Shown here: positions 19,822 to 29,478 of the stretch, in pieces
How positions within the stretch are numbered: the stretch's first letter is position 1
Layout: every line of letters starts with the position of its first letter
Virus record (IMG/VR): IMGVR_UViG_3300014827_000174
Coordinates: 1-52,779 of that record
Source of the DNA: a virus
Lineage: Duplodnaviria; Caudoviricetes
DNA: 52,779 nucleotides
Strand: one strand, 5' to 3'
Notes under the pieces: generated by a model
Databases searched by the model: none
Told to the model about the DNA's origin: nothing
The model's input: only the letters and a program-made list of their open reading frames with translations
Made by a program: the position numbers and the translations under genes

Positions 19822-22410
19822 TTACGCCCCTCCCCTCGCCGAAGCAACCTGCCCTCGGTAGAATTCTAGTTTATACGCCAAATCCTTTATATCCATATCG
19901 TTTGCGATGACAAGTTTATCAACCCGTAATAGGGCACCGATTGTATTGCTTACCGGTGGAGCAATACTTTTATTCGTTCCCAAGATATCGGCAGTTATTG
20001 CTCCGTTACCAGCATAAGGCGTTGCTTTTACGCCTATTTTCATGTCAGTTGACAGGCCTTTTATCGCGCTGTTAACTAAATGCTTTGAGTTCTGAATCCC
20101 CTTGGCTAATCCTCCCATGAAATCAGGCATCCAACTTTCATAGTCTACCAGCGGTCCTTGATCGGGAACACTGAAATGCAAAAAGCTCCTTATGGTATCC
20201 GCGACCCCTGATACCGCTGTGCCTACGCTTCCGATCATGGATTTTATACCTTTTATTAATCCCTGGATCATGTCCCCGCCCCAACTGTACATTTTAGAAG
20301 GTAACGCAGTGATCCAGTCCAGCGCTGATTGAATCCCACTGACGATCGCACTCTTGACTCCCGTCACTGTATTTGCTACGCCGTTTTTCATTGATGTGAA
20401 CATATTGACTGCCGTATTATAAAGCTTTTGAGGAAGTTCTCCGAACCAGGTAATAAGACCGTTCCAGATATCCTTTGCTCCTTGAATGATCTGATTCCAA
20501 AAATTTATGATCCAAGTCTTGAAACTCGTCCACGCGGTTGTTGCGGTGGTCAATATGTTACCCCAGGCAGTCTTCAATAACCCCGCTATTGCTTGAATGG
20601 TACCAGAGAATATTTGTTTAATTCCTTCCCATATCTGGCCAAAGGCTACTTTCAAATTATTGAATATGCCTACCGCATCCGTTTTCAGTTGTGTAAAGTT
20701 CCCGGTGACTAGATCAAGGATTAGAAGAACTGCTCCGAGAACTACGTTTTTTATAACATCCCAAATCCCTGTGAGGTAAAGTTTAAATCCTTCCATGACT
20801 AACTTTATTCCGTCTGCCATAGAATTCCAGAGGGTTAAGATTCCTTGAATAAACGGGGTGACTATTACCATGACGCCTGTGACTATTGCGGCCCAGACGG
20901 TCGATAGGAAATCTTTAATACCGTTCCAGGCAGTTTGGGTTGCCGTTACTATCCCGGTCCAGATGCTGGATAAGAAAACTAAAATTCCGCTCCAAGTAGC
21001 TTCTGTCGATGTCTTAATTCCATTCCAAGTCGTTGTGAGGAAGGCTCCGATGTTTGAGAAGATCAGTTTGAGGGATGTCCACAATTCCTGGGCCTTGGCT
21101 TTGATGGTGTCCCAGTTTTTATAAAGCTCATAGCCTGCAAAGGCTACGAGTGCAATCGCGGCGACGACTCCGAGAACTGGCAATACTAACGATCCCATTG
21201 TAATTCCAGCCGTGCTCATTACTGCGCTCAAAGGACCGAACGCTGCCGCCAGAGTATTGACCACGCTTGCTCCACCGACTAAGGTCCCGAGTAATGCCGT
21301 AATTGTGAGGATTGCTGCTGTGAAATTTGGATTCTGCTTAATAAAATCGGCAATAGGAATGATGATTTTCGCCATGGCTACCGCGAATTGGGCGAGTATT
21401 GGCAGAAGGGCTGACCCAATGGCTGTTTTAGCAGAGTTCATTTGGTTTTCCATTTGTTTCATTTGTCCGGAGTAGCTTCCAAGGTCTGCCTGAGCTGATC
21501 CTGCGAATCGATCATTTAACCGCTCTTGAACGTCAGCCATCGTTATCGTTGCCGTTTCGCTGTTGCCTAATTGCTTTACTTCTTCTTTTGAGAGTATGCC
21601 GAGACTTACAAGAGCCCTTGCTTTGCCGTGGTATGCGTCTGCCACCATATTTGCCGCATCGCTGAGTGATGAGTTCTGGCCTGCTGCAACATTAGCGAGC
21701 GTGCCCTCCATTCCTAATGCTTTTGAAGCGTCAATCCCTTTTTCAGTCAACGTCTGTAATGCGGCCTTAGCATCTCCAGCTGAAAATGAGGACATTTTTG
21801 TGATGGCCGAGGTGAAGCTTTTGATGTCTTTACTCGCGTCGGCAGCGGAGAGTCCTTGATCTTGTAGTAAATTCGTTAATATACTGGTGCTTTGCTGCGC
21901 GTCCGTTGCTGACTTGACTGCACTTGCCAGAAACGCTCCCGCCGCTAAACCGACGGTTCCGAAGGCTGCTTTTAGATTTTGAAGTTTACTGCCTGTCGTT
22001 TCAGTCGACTGTCCCAGCGCTTCTTGGTGAGTGACGCCTTCTTCCAGTAATCGGTTGGTCTGTCCTAGTTCTGTTTCCATTCCCGCTAGAGCTGCTTTGG
22101 CGTTATTTAGTTTTATCTGTAGGTCCTGAGTCGCCTTTGCGTCGAGTCCCTTTTTTTCTGCTGATTCCTGAAATGCTTGCTCAAGTGATGACACTTTTTG
22201 TTTCTGGAGATCGATCTGTTGGTTGAGGCTACTACTTTTAAGTCCTAACTGCTCCGTGCTGGTCCCGAATTCTCCGAGTTGGGCTGATGCCAGTTTAAAT
22301 TCAGATTGAACCACTCTCATTTGGGTATTGATTCCGCTGATCCCATTTTGGAAGCCTGTACTATCCAGGCTGATCTTTACTGCAAGGTTGCCAAGTTCTC
22401 CACTTGCCAT
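19822..22410 (-). CDS. tail tape measure protein
   Basis: Coiled-coil N-terminus, TM segment, Trp-periodic repeats, LHFSVPDQGPL motif. Confidence 0.92.
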   Translation of the reverse strand: MASGELGNLAVKISLDSTGFQNGISGINTQMRVVQSEFKLASAQLGEFGTSTEQLGLKSSSLNQQIDLQKQKVSSLEQAFQESAEKKGLDAKATQDLQIKLNNAKAALAGMETELGQTNRLLEEGVTHQEALGQSTETTGSKLQNLKAAFGTVGLAAGAFLASAVKSATDAQQSTSILTNLLQDQGLSAADASKDIKSFTSAITKMSSFSAGDAKAALQTLTEKGIDASKALGMEGTLANVAAGQNSSLSDAANMVADAYHGKARALVSLGILSKEEVKQLGNSETATITMADVQERLNDRFAGSAQADLGSYSGQMKQMENQMNSAKTAIGSALLPILAQFAVAMAKIIIPIADFIKQNPNFTAAILTITALLGTLVGGASVVNTLAAAFGPLSAVMSTAGITMGSLVLPVLGVVAAIALVAFAGYELYKNWDTIKAKAQELWTSLKLIFSNIGAFLTTTWNGIKTSTEATWSGILVFLSSIWTGIVTATQTAWNGIKDFLSTVWAAIVTGVMVIVTPFIQGILTLWNSMADGIKLVMEGFKLYLTGIWDVIKNVVLGAVLLILDLVTGNFTQLKTDAVGIFNNLKVAFGQIWEGIKQIFSGTIQAIAGLLKTAWGNILTTATTAWTSFKTWIINFWNQIIQGAKDIWNGLITWFGELPQKLYNTAVNMFTSMKNGVANTVTGVKSAIVSGIQSALDWITALPSKMYSWGGDMIQGLIKGIKSMIGSVGTAVSGVADTIRSFLHFSVPDQGPLVDYESWMPDFMGGLAKGIQNSKHLVNSAIKGLSTDMKIGVKATPYAGNGAITADILGTNKSIAPPVSNTIGALLRVDKLVIANDMDIKDLAYKLEFYRGQVASARGGA

Positions 22411-22425
22411 GGTCTCACCACCTTT

Positions 22426-22620
22426 TTAAAAGACCGTATCGATATAATGTTTTGGTTCCTTTTTATTGGCTTTAAAAATTAAGAGGTCCATGTAATAGAA
22501 AAAATCTATTTCATCAATATCGTTTAGGGCCCATCCTTGGTCGATTAATTGTAAATAGGTTTCTTTTATAAACTCTGCCAGAGTCAAAGGCTCGCTTATG
22601 ACTCCGTCGGTACGTTTGGG
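22426..22620 (-). CDS. -1 frameshift extension (gpT-like) of the tail assembly chaperone
   Basis: Slippery C CCA AAC at 22620-22614; the -1 frame stays open 64 codons (PKRTDGVISEPLTLAEFIKETYLQLIDQGW...) to TAA at 22426. Confidence 0.75.
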   Translation of the reverse strand, partial: PKRTDGVISEPLTLAEFIKETYLQLIDQGWALNDIDEIDFFYYMDLLIFKANKKEPKHYIDTVF

Positions 22621-22904
22621 AATTGCTCTGCTTTGGCTCCGATCTGTCCGACCACGCTATTGATGCATTCCATAATTGTGGGGATTAATTTGTCAGCATC
22701 AAGGCCATCATAAAGCTCATCAATCGTGAATTGGTCGCCAAATAACTTCGCGACGTAATCCACTAGGTTGTCGAGATCAGCTGATTTGAGATCATTGAAG
22801 TTTGTCTTCTCGGTCATTTCGATGGCCTTACGGACCATTCTGCCTTTCGCTGGTGGAGCGATGTAGGTTCTGTCATTTAGAATAAGTTGCATAGGTGCCT
22901 CCAA
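22596..22904 (-). CDS. tail assembly chaperone (gpG-like)
   Basis: Between the major tail protein and tape measure; FGDQFTIDELYDGL. Confidence 0.85.
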   Translation of the reverse strand: MEAPMQLILNDRTYIAPPAKGRMVRKAIEMTEKTNFNDLKSADLDNLVDYVAKLFGDQFTIDELYDGLDADKLIPTIMECINSVVGQIGAKAEQFPNVPTES

Positions 22905-22947
22905 ACTAAAAGAGCCCCCTTAAGGACTCTCTCGTTACTCTCACTCA

Positions 22948-23832
22948 TTAAGCTGTCGTGAAATTCGTAATATTGGTCGCTACTAAATAGTTTCCGGCGA
23001 CATCGGATACATTGGTCGTGCAAATTGCGACATACGCAGTGGCAGCCGTTAAGACCGCTGTTGGGTGGAGGGTTAAAATCTTGCTCGTACCGTCAAGTGT
23101 CAACGTGCCAGGGATAATTGTTCCGTCAGTTGCTTTTAATAGGAAGAAGTTCGCAGAAGTTACCTTCGATGGGTCAATGGCTTCATTGAACGTCCAGATC
23201 ATGTTGGCGGTGATTGGCACCGCTGCTGCAGCATCGGCTGGGGTGGTAATAACCGTCGGCGCGGTTGTATCAACCGTCGGGATTGTTACGGCTGAAAACC
23301 AAGTTGAATCGATCCCCACGGGGCAGTTCGTGTCGATTGAATCGACATGGTATTCCCACATTCCGTTGTATTGAGTGGTTTGAAAAAGTGCTTTTACTTT
23401 GGGCGCTTGAAACTTCACTTTCCCTTGCTGTCCTTCCAAGTTGTCATCCGGAAGTTGGAAAGCTCCTTTGTAAAGCACTCCGTAACGTTTGGCACCCCCG
23501 CGCAGAGTTGCCTTATAGAGTAAGGCTACATAAGGGGCAATGTCTGACCCTGAGGCATAAACCCCACCCGTCACTGCGGTGGTTTGACCCAGCAATTCTA
23601 CTCTTTGCGCACTGGTCAGATCAGCAAGATCGACTTCTATGTCGACACTATCGAGCGTGGTTGCCTGATCCCAAAGAATATTCTCTGCAAATAGTTTTTC
23701 GGTGTTTTGCTTAGGCTTGATGCCTAATGTTTGAACTCCGGCATAGTATTTTGGCACGGCATAGGTGAGTCCTGTGATATCGTCTTTTGTTTGTTTTGCC
23801 ACGTACAGTTTTTCTATACCAATAATCGGCAT
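22948..23832 (-). CDS. major tail protein (phi13 family) with C-terminal Ig-like (Big_5-type) domain
   Basis: IGIEKLYVA, APYVALLY, YGVLYKGAF; C-terminal DTTAPTV...TFNEAID; probable ATG 23832. Confidence 0.88.
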   Translation of the reverse strand: MPIIGIEKLYVAKQTKDDITGLTYAVPKYYAGVQTLGIKPKQNTEKLFAENILWDQATTLDSVDIEVDLADLTSAQRVELLGQTTAVTGGVYASGSDIAPYVALLYKATLRGGAKRYGVLYKGAFQLPDDNLEGQQGKVKFQAPKVKALFQTTQYNGMWEYHVDSIDTNCPVGIDSTWFSAVTIPTVDTTAPTVITTPADAAAAVPITANMIWTFNEAIDPSKVTSANFFLLKATDGTIIPGTLTLDGTSKILTLHPTAVLTAATAYVAICTTNVSDVAGNYLVATNITNFTTA

Positions 23833-23854
23833 ACCATGCTTCACTCCTTCTCCA

Positions 23855-24175
23855 CTAAATGACATAATAAAAGCGCATGGCCTTGTGATAAATCTGAGTA
23901 TCAGATTCATACAGGTCTAGCGCTGTTGTTCGTTTGAAGCCTACTGCTTCCAAAGTCAATTTAACTTGATCAACCAGCGATGAGTTGTCGCCCTTTGACC
24001 ACACATCCACTTGCATATAATAACCCGTGGCTATTTCGTCGTTCTCTGCCCAAGCCTCACCCTGCTCGTTATAGCAAAAGAAGGTAATGTAAGACGTCGC
24101 CGTCCCTAAATACGTTTGCCAGAATACCGGAACGCCCAGGGGTTTGAGAGCGTTCACTAGGATGCTGTTAATCAT
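23855..24175 (-). CDS. tail terminator / completion protein
   Basis: YITF, QVDVWSK, LYESDTQIYHKAMRF; position. Confidence 0.75.
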   Translation of the reverse strand: MINSILVNALKPLGVPVFWQTYLGTATSYITFFCYNEQGEAWAENDEIATGYYMQVDVWSKGDNSSLVDQVKLTLEAVGFKRTTALDLYESDTQIYHKAMRFYYVI

Positions 24176-24558
24176 AATCCCAAGGACTTCACAATCGTGT
24201 GTTTCATCGTTTCTTCAGCCTCTGCTTGCTTGTGTTCATAGGCTGGTTGAACAAAGGGCTGGGCTCTCATCTTGCTTGTCCCCCATTCCAAGAATTTAGC
24301 TCTCCAGTTCGTGGTTTTACCAGGACCGATTTCGAGATATTTGACGCCATCTTTCGTTTTAACGCCGGATATTTGGATGTCATCTCGGATGTGGGGGTGG
24401 CTGATCGAGCTCACCTTGACGAGACTCTTCATTTCATCTGCAATGGGTTGAGCAGCGGCCTTGAGCGCCTGATTCTCGACCCTACTGGCCTTATCACTGA
24501 CTTCCTTAAGCTGGTTTAAGATTTCATCAAGTCCCTGAAGTTCCATCTCAGCCGCCAT
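24172..24558 (-). CDS. HK97 gp10-family neck protein
   Basis: KFLEWGTSKMRAQPFVQPA; probable ATG 24558. Confidence 0.88.
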   Translation of the reverse strand: MAAEMELQGLDEILNQLKEVSDKASRVENQALKAAAQPIADEMKSLVKVSSISHPHIRDDIQISGVKTKDGVKYLEIGPGKTTNWRAKFLEWGTSKMRAQPFVQPAYEHKQAEAEETMKHTIVKSLGL

Positions 24559-24886
24559 TTTGTAACACCTCCCTTGTGTGTATTTCAAGCCAGCGTCTTC
24601 GCCCTGTAGTATCAACCGGGGGCACTTTAACCTCAAACGAATCTGCGCCATGGATTAGTCTCATGCCTGCTTTGATGCCTTCGCGATAACGAATAGTAAA
24701 CAGAATATCCGTCTCGGCTTGTGCTGCTGCAGCCTGATAAAACAATTTCCCTTTAAGCCCGGTTCTTTTTGCATAGGGGGTCATAAGCGTTTGCCAATCT
24801 TCCAGTGGGTTGCCGTTATCGTCCGTCTGGTCAAGGGCCGCGTTATATTGAATCATGATTTTATGTCTTAAATCCCCCGAATTCAT
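24548..24886 (-). CDS. head closure protein (SPP1 gp16-like)
   Basis: MNSGDLRHKIMIQ, FTIRYREGI. Confidence 0.85.
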   Translation of the reverse strand: MNSGDLRHKIMIQYNAALDQTDDNGNPLEDWQTLMTPYAKRTGLKGKLFYQAAAAQAETDILFTIRYREGIKAGMRLIHGADSFEVKVPPVDTTGRRRWLEIHTREVLQNGG

Positions 24887-24898
24887 AGCAGCCCTCCT

Positions 24899-25492
24899 TT
24901 ACACAGGCGCTATTCTGTCCAACCATAGGAGCGCCGACACTGCAAAAGCTATCTCCCCTGGTGCTTGGCCTGTGTCACTTAAGATCGCTCGATTCTCATA
25001 CCAATGGCTGACGAGTAGTTTCATGGCTTGCTTTACCTTTTGCGGGACAGTCTCTGCGGTATCGCCATAACCACATGTAAACTCAATCACGACCGCATCG
25101 AGTGGGAACGGTACGAACGAAGGCCATGGCTGTGCATAAGGAGGAGTTACCCTACCCAAAACTCCGCACGTGCTGACAACATATTGTTGGGTTTCAGAAA
25201 GTGTTGTCACGATTCCGGCGGAGTTCTTATAAGTGACTCGGTCGACGGTTTGCAGGTTTCCTCTTGGTAGTTCAATCACTCGACTTTGCCAGTCATCAGA
25301 ACTCATTTGCCAAGTTTGAGTGATGTAGGCACGGTTTTGAAACGCTTCACAATACTCCCGAGCGGCTGTAATTATGGCGCTCAGGTAGTCGTCCTCGACA
25401 GTATCAGTCACATCATCCAGTCTAAGATAAGTCTTTATTTCCTGAACCCCCAAGGGCTCAATGGCGGGTGGTGTCTTTAAGACTAAATTCAT
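24899..25492 (-). CDS. head-tail connector (gp6-like)
   Basis: PAIEPL...LRLD, QAMKLLVSHWYENR. Confidence 0.88.
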   Translation of the reverse strand: MNLVLKTPPAIEPLGVQEIKTYLRLDDVTDTVEDDYLSAIITAAREYCEAFQNRAYITQTWQMSSDDWQSRVIELPRGNLQTVDRVTYKNSAGIVTTLSETQQYVVSTCGVLGRVTPPYAQPWPSFVPFPLDAVVIEFTCGYGDTAETVPQKVKQAMKLLVSHWYENRAILSDTGQAPGEIAFAVSALLWLDRIAPV

Positions 25493-25521
25493 GGCACCCT
25501 CCTTGTTAGTAACACCGGCCT

Positions 25522-25552
25522 AAAAATAAGGAGCAGGTGTTAGCTGCTCCTT
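25522..25552 (-). terminator. intrinsic terminator after the capsid genes
   Basis: aaggagcag...ctgctcctt stem with a T run on the minus strand. Confidence 0.7.
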
Positions 25553-25559
25553 GAATCAA

Positions 25560-26021
25560 TTAAACTAAGACTGTGTCCATTACTTCGTTCTCAAAACGGC
25601 CATCAGTGAGTACTACGACAACCCCGCCAGTTATTGCGCCTACGACTACCTCTGTGGACTTAAGTCTTACATAGCCATAACCTGCCATGGCGAGCATTGA
25701 GTCATCAACCTCGACCTTATATAGTTTGTTGATCGCGGCTACGGTTGTAAAACCTGCAACCGGTGCTTGCTTGATAGGGCCGAATGTATCTCCGGAGATG
25801 CATTCCTGATAAAAGAAACCGATGGGGGTTACTGCCGTTGGAGTAACATCGCTGCATGCCTCAACAGTGATCGTTGCTGTTCCCACTGCTCCAGCTCCAC
25901 ATTGAACAAGGAAACTGGCGTGCTGCCAGTTCTTCATGTTGATAACGGCAGTAGGCGTAACCCCGGCGAAAGCGTTCGCTATCGGTGGTAGAACATTAGC
26001 GACATGATAAAGATCATCCAT
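25560..26021 (-). CDS. hypothetical structural protein, possible capsid decoration
   Basis: Beta-rich 153 aa with strong RBS, between the capsid gene and its terminator. Confidence 0.6.
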   Translation of the reverse strand: MDDLYHVANVLPPIANAFAGVTPTAVINMKNWQHASFLVQCGAGAVGTATITVEACSDVTPTAVTPIGFFYQECISGDTFGPIKQAPVAGFTTVAAINKLYKVEVDDSMLAMAGYGYVRLKSTEVVVGAITGGVVVVLTDGRFENEVMDTVLV

Positions 26022-26050
26022 TTTGATTATTCCTCCTCAATTTTTAATGA

Positions 26051-27340
26051 TTAGCGTGCAGCTAAGGTAACGAATGGGCTGAGGGTGTTACTGCCCTTGA
26101 ATGGCACGAGTGCTGATTTCCAAATTGGCTGACCATCTACGCGATAGATAAAACGGAAGACACTTTCGTCATAGAGAAAACGGACATGGATCGAGGATGC
26201 GGCGTTGATACCGCCTTTGTCGATCAGGAGATACTGCGAAAGGTCAACCAACGAAATGTCCCCTTGTGATCCGATGGTGTTGGCTTGCTCAACTGGGATC
26301 ACAGGACGACCGAACAGGGTGCTATATGGAAGCCCGGATAATCCACTGGCAGGCATATAGACCGGGATACCACCAGTACCTACGTTGAGGGTCAGTTGAC
26401 TTAGTTGCGGCTCTACGTCTTGGTTGATTAACCAAACAGCGTCTTGACGAGACCTTCCCCAGCAACGAGACCACATCTTTAGAATGTTCTGGGTTACGAT
26501 GGTTCCGGCGACCTGGCTTGTTTCCTTTGCGACACTCACGAGTGCCCCACTGTTCATAAATCCAAGCGGCTGCCCAGCGCCGAGGCCGTTCATGATTGCA
26601 TCGTCCATTCGGAAACCAAATTCTTCTGCGAATGCCTGACCAATGATTGCCTCAAGAGCCACGGCATCTTGGAGAAGTTCGTCTGTCGCGTAGCAGAGGC
26701 CCGTTAATTTTTTGAGTTTCAATTCCACTTTATTGAATTTAGGCTTTTTGCCACTCAAAGCGTCAGCTTCGTTTTCCCAGAAGGATTGAATACCGCCCCA
26801 ACGAGAGCCGTTGGCACGACTGCTTTCATCGATGCCGTTTGCTTCAAGGGCGTTTGATGTAGGACTAATGGGAATCTTTCGGCACTTGGACGCTAGAACA
26901 CCCGTCTCATAGGTTTTCTGGAGCAACTCTTTTGCAAAATCTTCTCCAACAAGGAACCCACCATCCGAGGGGACTGATTCGCCCATTCCGGACGCTGCAT
27001 TTTGCATCAGAAGCCTTTGGTCAGGCGTTGCACCTTGTTTGGATGCTGCATAGACAGCAGAGAGAAATTCACTGTTATTTTTCCAGATTACTTTAGAACG
27101 ATCTTTAGGTTGTGCCCAAAGAGGCTCGTTGACCGCCTTTTTGGCTTCAGCTGCAGCCTTTAGTTCCTCGGCTACCATCACGTCAACCTGTTTTTGTACT
27201 TCAATCTTGGCATTTACGGCTTTGATTTCCGCAAGTACGGCGTTTATCTCATCGGTGGTAGCATCTTCCCTCGCTGTGATGCCCTGTGCTTTTGCTTTCA
27301 AACTTGCTTTAAGAGCCAACAATCGTTCCATTTCACTCAT
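26051..27340 (-). CDS. major capsid protein, HK97 family
   Basis: Coiled-coil delta domain, SDGGFLV, TDELLQD, TLFGRPVI. Confidence 0.93.
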   Translation of the reverse strand: MSEMERLLALKASLKAKAQGITAREDATTDEINAVLAEIKAVNAKIEVQKQVDVMVAEELKAAAEAKKAVNEPLWAQPKDRSKVIWKNNSEFLSAVYAASKQGATPDQRLLMQNAASGMGESVPSDGGFLVGEDFAKELLQKTYETGVLASKCRKIPISPTSNALEANGIDESSRANGSRWGGIQSFWENEADALSGKKPKFNKVELKLKKLTGLCYATDELLQDAVALEAIIGQAFAEEFGFRMDDAIMNGLGAGQPLGFMNSGALVSVAKETSQVAGTIVTQNILKMWSRCWGRSRQDAVWLINQDVEPQLSQLTLNVGTGGIPVYMPASGLSGLPYSTLFGRPVIPVEQANTIGSQGDISLVDLSQYLLIDKGGINAASSIHVRFLYDESVFRFIYRVDGQPIWKSALVPFKGSNTLSPFVTLAAR

Positions 27341-27382
27341 TCTTGCTTGCCTCGCTTTCTTTTTTGGGTCGTAAAAATAACC

Positions 27383-28147
27383 TTAGAGTTCGCACTCTAA
27401 GGCTAGGATCGCTTTTGCTTTTGCGTTCTCTCCCGCATCGATTGGATCAGTTTGTTCAACAGGATCGACATGCTTAGATGGATCTTCAGCGATGATCTTG
27501 ATAAATCTAGGCGTGTTTTTATATCCCGCCAGGATTTCAAAGTCTCTAACGCTGGCAGCGATTGCTATCTCTTCGCCCACAACGTCGCACAGGCCAAGGT
27601 CCAAGCACTCCTGCGCAGTCAGCCAAGTCTCAGCATCGAGTAATGCCACAAGATCCTGTGTTTTCATGCCCGAGGCTTTCGCTAGGTATGTTTCCTGGAT
27701 GCTCTCGCTTACTTTGTCTAAAGTGTCGGCCATGCTCCGCATTTCATGGGCGTTTCCATAGACTCCACTCATTGGATGATGAATCATCATCATGGCGTTG
27801 GCTGGCATAGTGATCGTATCGCCCGCCATAGCAATAACCGAGGCGATTGAGGCAGCCAAACCATCGATGTGCATATTTACCATTGCCGGGTGCCTCTTTA
27901 ATTGTGAGTAAATAGTCTGGCCCGCAAAGACGTCGCCGCCTGGGGAATTCATGTACACGTTCAGGGCCGTTATATCGCCGAGGGCATCAAGTTCTGCCTT
28001 GAACGATGTCGGGGTTATTTCATTACCATCGCTAAACCAGCCACCTTGTGAATCCGCAATCTCTCCATAGATTGTTAGCTCGCTTTCGTTATTGGTCAGT
28101 GCCTTGAACGCCCAGTATTTCTTTTTTGCAGTCTTTTTCTTTGCCAC
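27383..28147 (-). CDS. ClpP-type prohead protease
   Basis: NSPGGDV, GLAASIAS, MIHHP, ETWLTA; GTG 28147 after AGGAGG. Confidence 0.92.
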   Translation of the reverse strand: MAKKKTAKKKYWAFKALTNNESELTIYGEIADSQGGWFSDGNEITPTSFKAELDALGDITALNVYMNSPGGDVFAGQTIYSQLKRHPAMVNMHIDGLAASIASVIAMAGDTITMPANAMMMIHHPMSGVYGNAHEMRSMADTLDKVSESIQETYLAKASGMKTQDLVALLDAETWLTAQECLDLGLCDVVGEEIAIAASVRDFEILAGYKNTPRFIKIIAEDPSKHVDPVEQTDPIDAGENAKAKAILALECEL

Positions 28148-28209
28148 TCTCTCACCTCCTTTCAAGGCATAATAAAAAGCACCCTATAGGTGCTTAAAAA
28201 TTGCTTTGT

Positions 28210-29463
28210 CTAATTGGTCATCATTTTATGGATTGCTTCCACCATCGCTTTCGATTGGTCTGCTGGTTGGATTTCACCCGCCTCGCCCATGTTTAAAGGT
28301 TGCATATAAACATCACCATTCGGTAAAGACGGCATGTTTTCAAGCTTGCGGATATCATTCACACTCAACCATCCCCACTGTCTGCCTGTTGCGTATGATG
28401 TCGCCCGGCTTACCGCGTCGCCTCGAAGTAGCGAATCCATTTTGAACTCTACATAATAACCCGCTTTTCTTTCTTGGTCGGAGAGCAACTGCATGTTAAT
28501 ATTTTCTTCAAACCTCTTGAAGATTGGGAGCATGGTATACATAACGAACTCAAGACTCTGCTGCTCAATGTTGTTGTTTGTGGAGCGCCCAAGGAGTTGA
28601 ATCAAGTGCTGCGGGACCCGATAAATACGACATATATCTTCGGCTTGAAAGGACTTACTCTCCAATAGTTGGGCGTCTACTGGGTTGATCGTCATGGGTG
28701 AGAATTTCATCCCGCCCTCTAACAACATCGGTGTGCCAGTACGCTTAAGCCCTGCGTAATTGTGCTTAAGCTCCTTCTTGAGTCGGTTGAACGATTCTTC
28801 GCCGAGTTCTCCAGGGACTTCAAAAGACCCACTTGGATTTGCACCATTTTTGTACAGGTTAACCCCAAACTGTTCATAGGACACACCCAGTCTGATCGCT
28901 GATGCAGCATAGGTGATCGGGGACAATCCAATGATGCCATCAAAACTTAAGTTCGGAACATGAAATACCTCGTTCCTTGTCAGGTTTTTCTGCGAAGTTC
29001 CTTGTTTTATAACATAGATGAGTCCTTTGGTATCAGGATCTCTTTTAATCTCCACCCCTGAATATTGATAAGGATACAACCCGACCAACTGACCTTTGTT
29101 ATTGACTAACCTCTCACAGACTGAATTCCCCCCGAGATTTATTGAAGTCATGCAAGCCTCTTTAAAGTTGAAAGGCGACATCTCTTCATTGGGTTTGTTG
29201 TGCAAAATATCAAAGATGGCAAGATCGTTAACTGCCTCGCGCTCACCGTTGTTGTCTTTCCGATACAATACTACTGGCATACACGCGAAGGTTTCCGCTA
29301 GAACTTTGTTACATGCAAAAACCGCCGTATATTTCATGGCGGTCACTGGATCAATGTTATCCCCGAGGGTTGTGTCATCAAGATCGGCCCCTGACATAAA
29401 CCTTTGGATATATTCCTCCATATTATCTTTGAATAACAGTTTTACCTTTTCAGTGAACCTCAC
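28210..29463 (-). CDS. portal protein, HK97 family
   Basis: GLSPI, LLEGGMKF, ICRIYRVP, LLRGD. Confidence 0.93.
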   Translation of the reverse strand: MRFTEKVKLLFKDNMEEYIQRFMSGADLDDTTLGDNIDPVTAMKYTAVFACNKVLAETFACMPVVLYRKDNNGEREAVNDLAIFDILHNKPNEEMSPFNFKEACMTSINLGGNSVCERLVNNKGQLVGLYPYQYSGVEIKRDPDTKGLIYVIKQGTSQKNLTRNEVFHVPNLSFDGIIGLSPITYAASAIRLGVSYEQFGVNLYKNGANPSGSFEVPGELGEESFNRLKKELKHNYAGLKRTGTPMLLEGGMKFSPMTINPVDAQLLESKSFQAEDICRIYRVPQHLIQLLGRSTNNNIEQQSLEFVMYTMLPIFKRFEENINMQLLSDQERKAGYYVEFKMDSLLRGDAVSRATSYATGRQWGWLSVNDIRKLENMPSLPNGDVYMQPLNMGEAGEIQPADQSKAMVEAIHKMMTN

Positions 29464-29478
29464 CCTACCACCCCCTTT

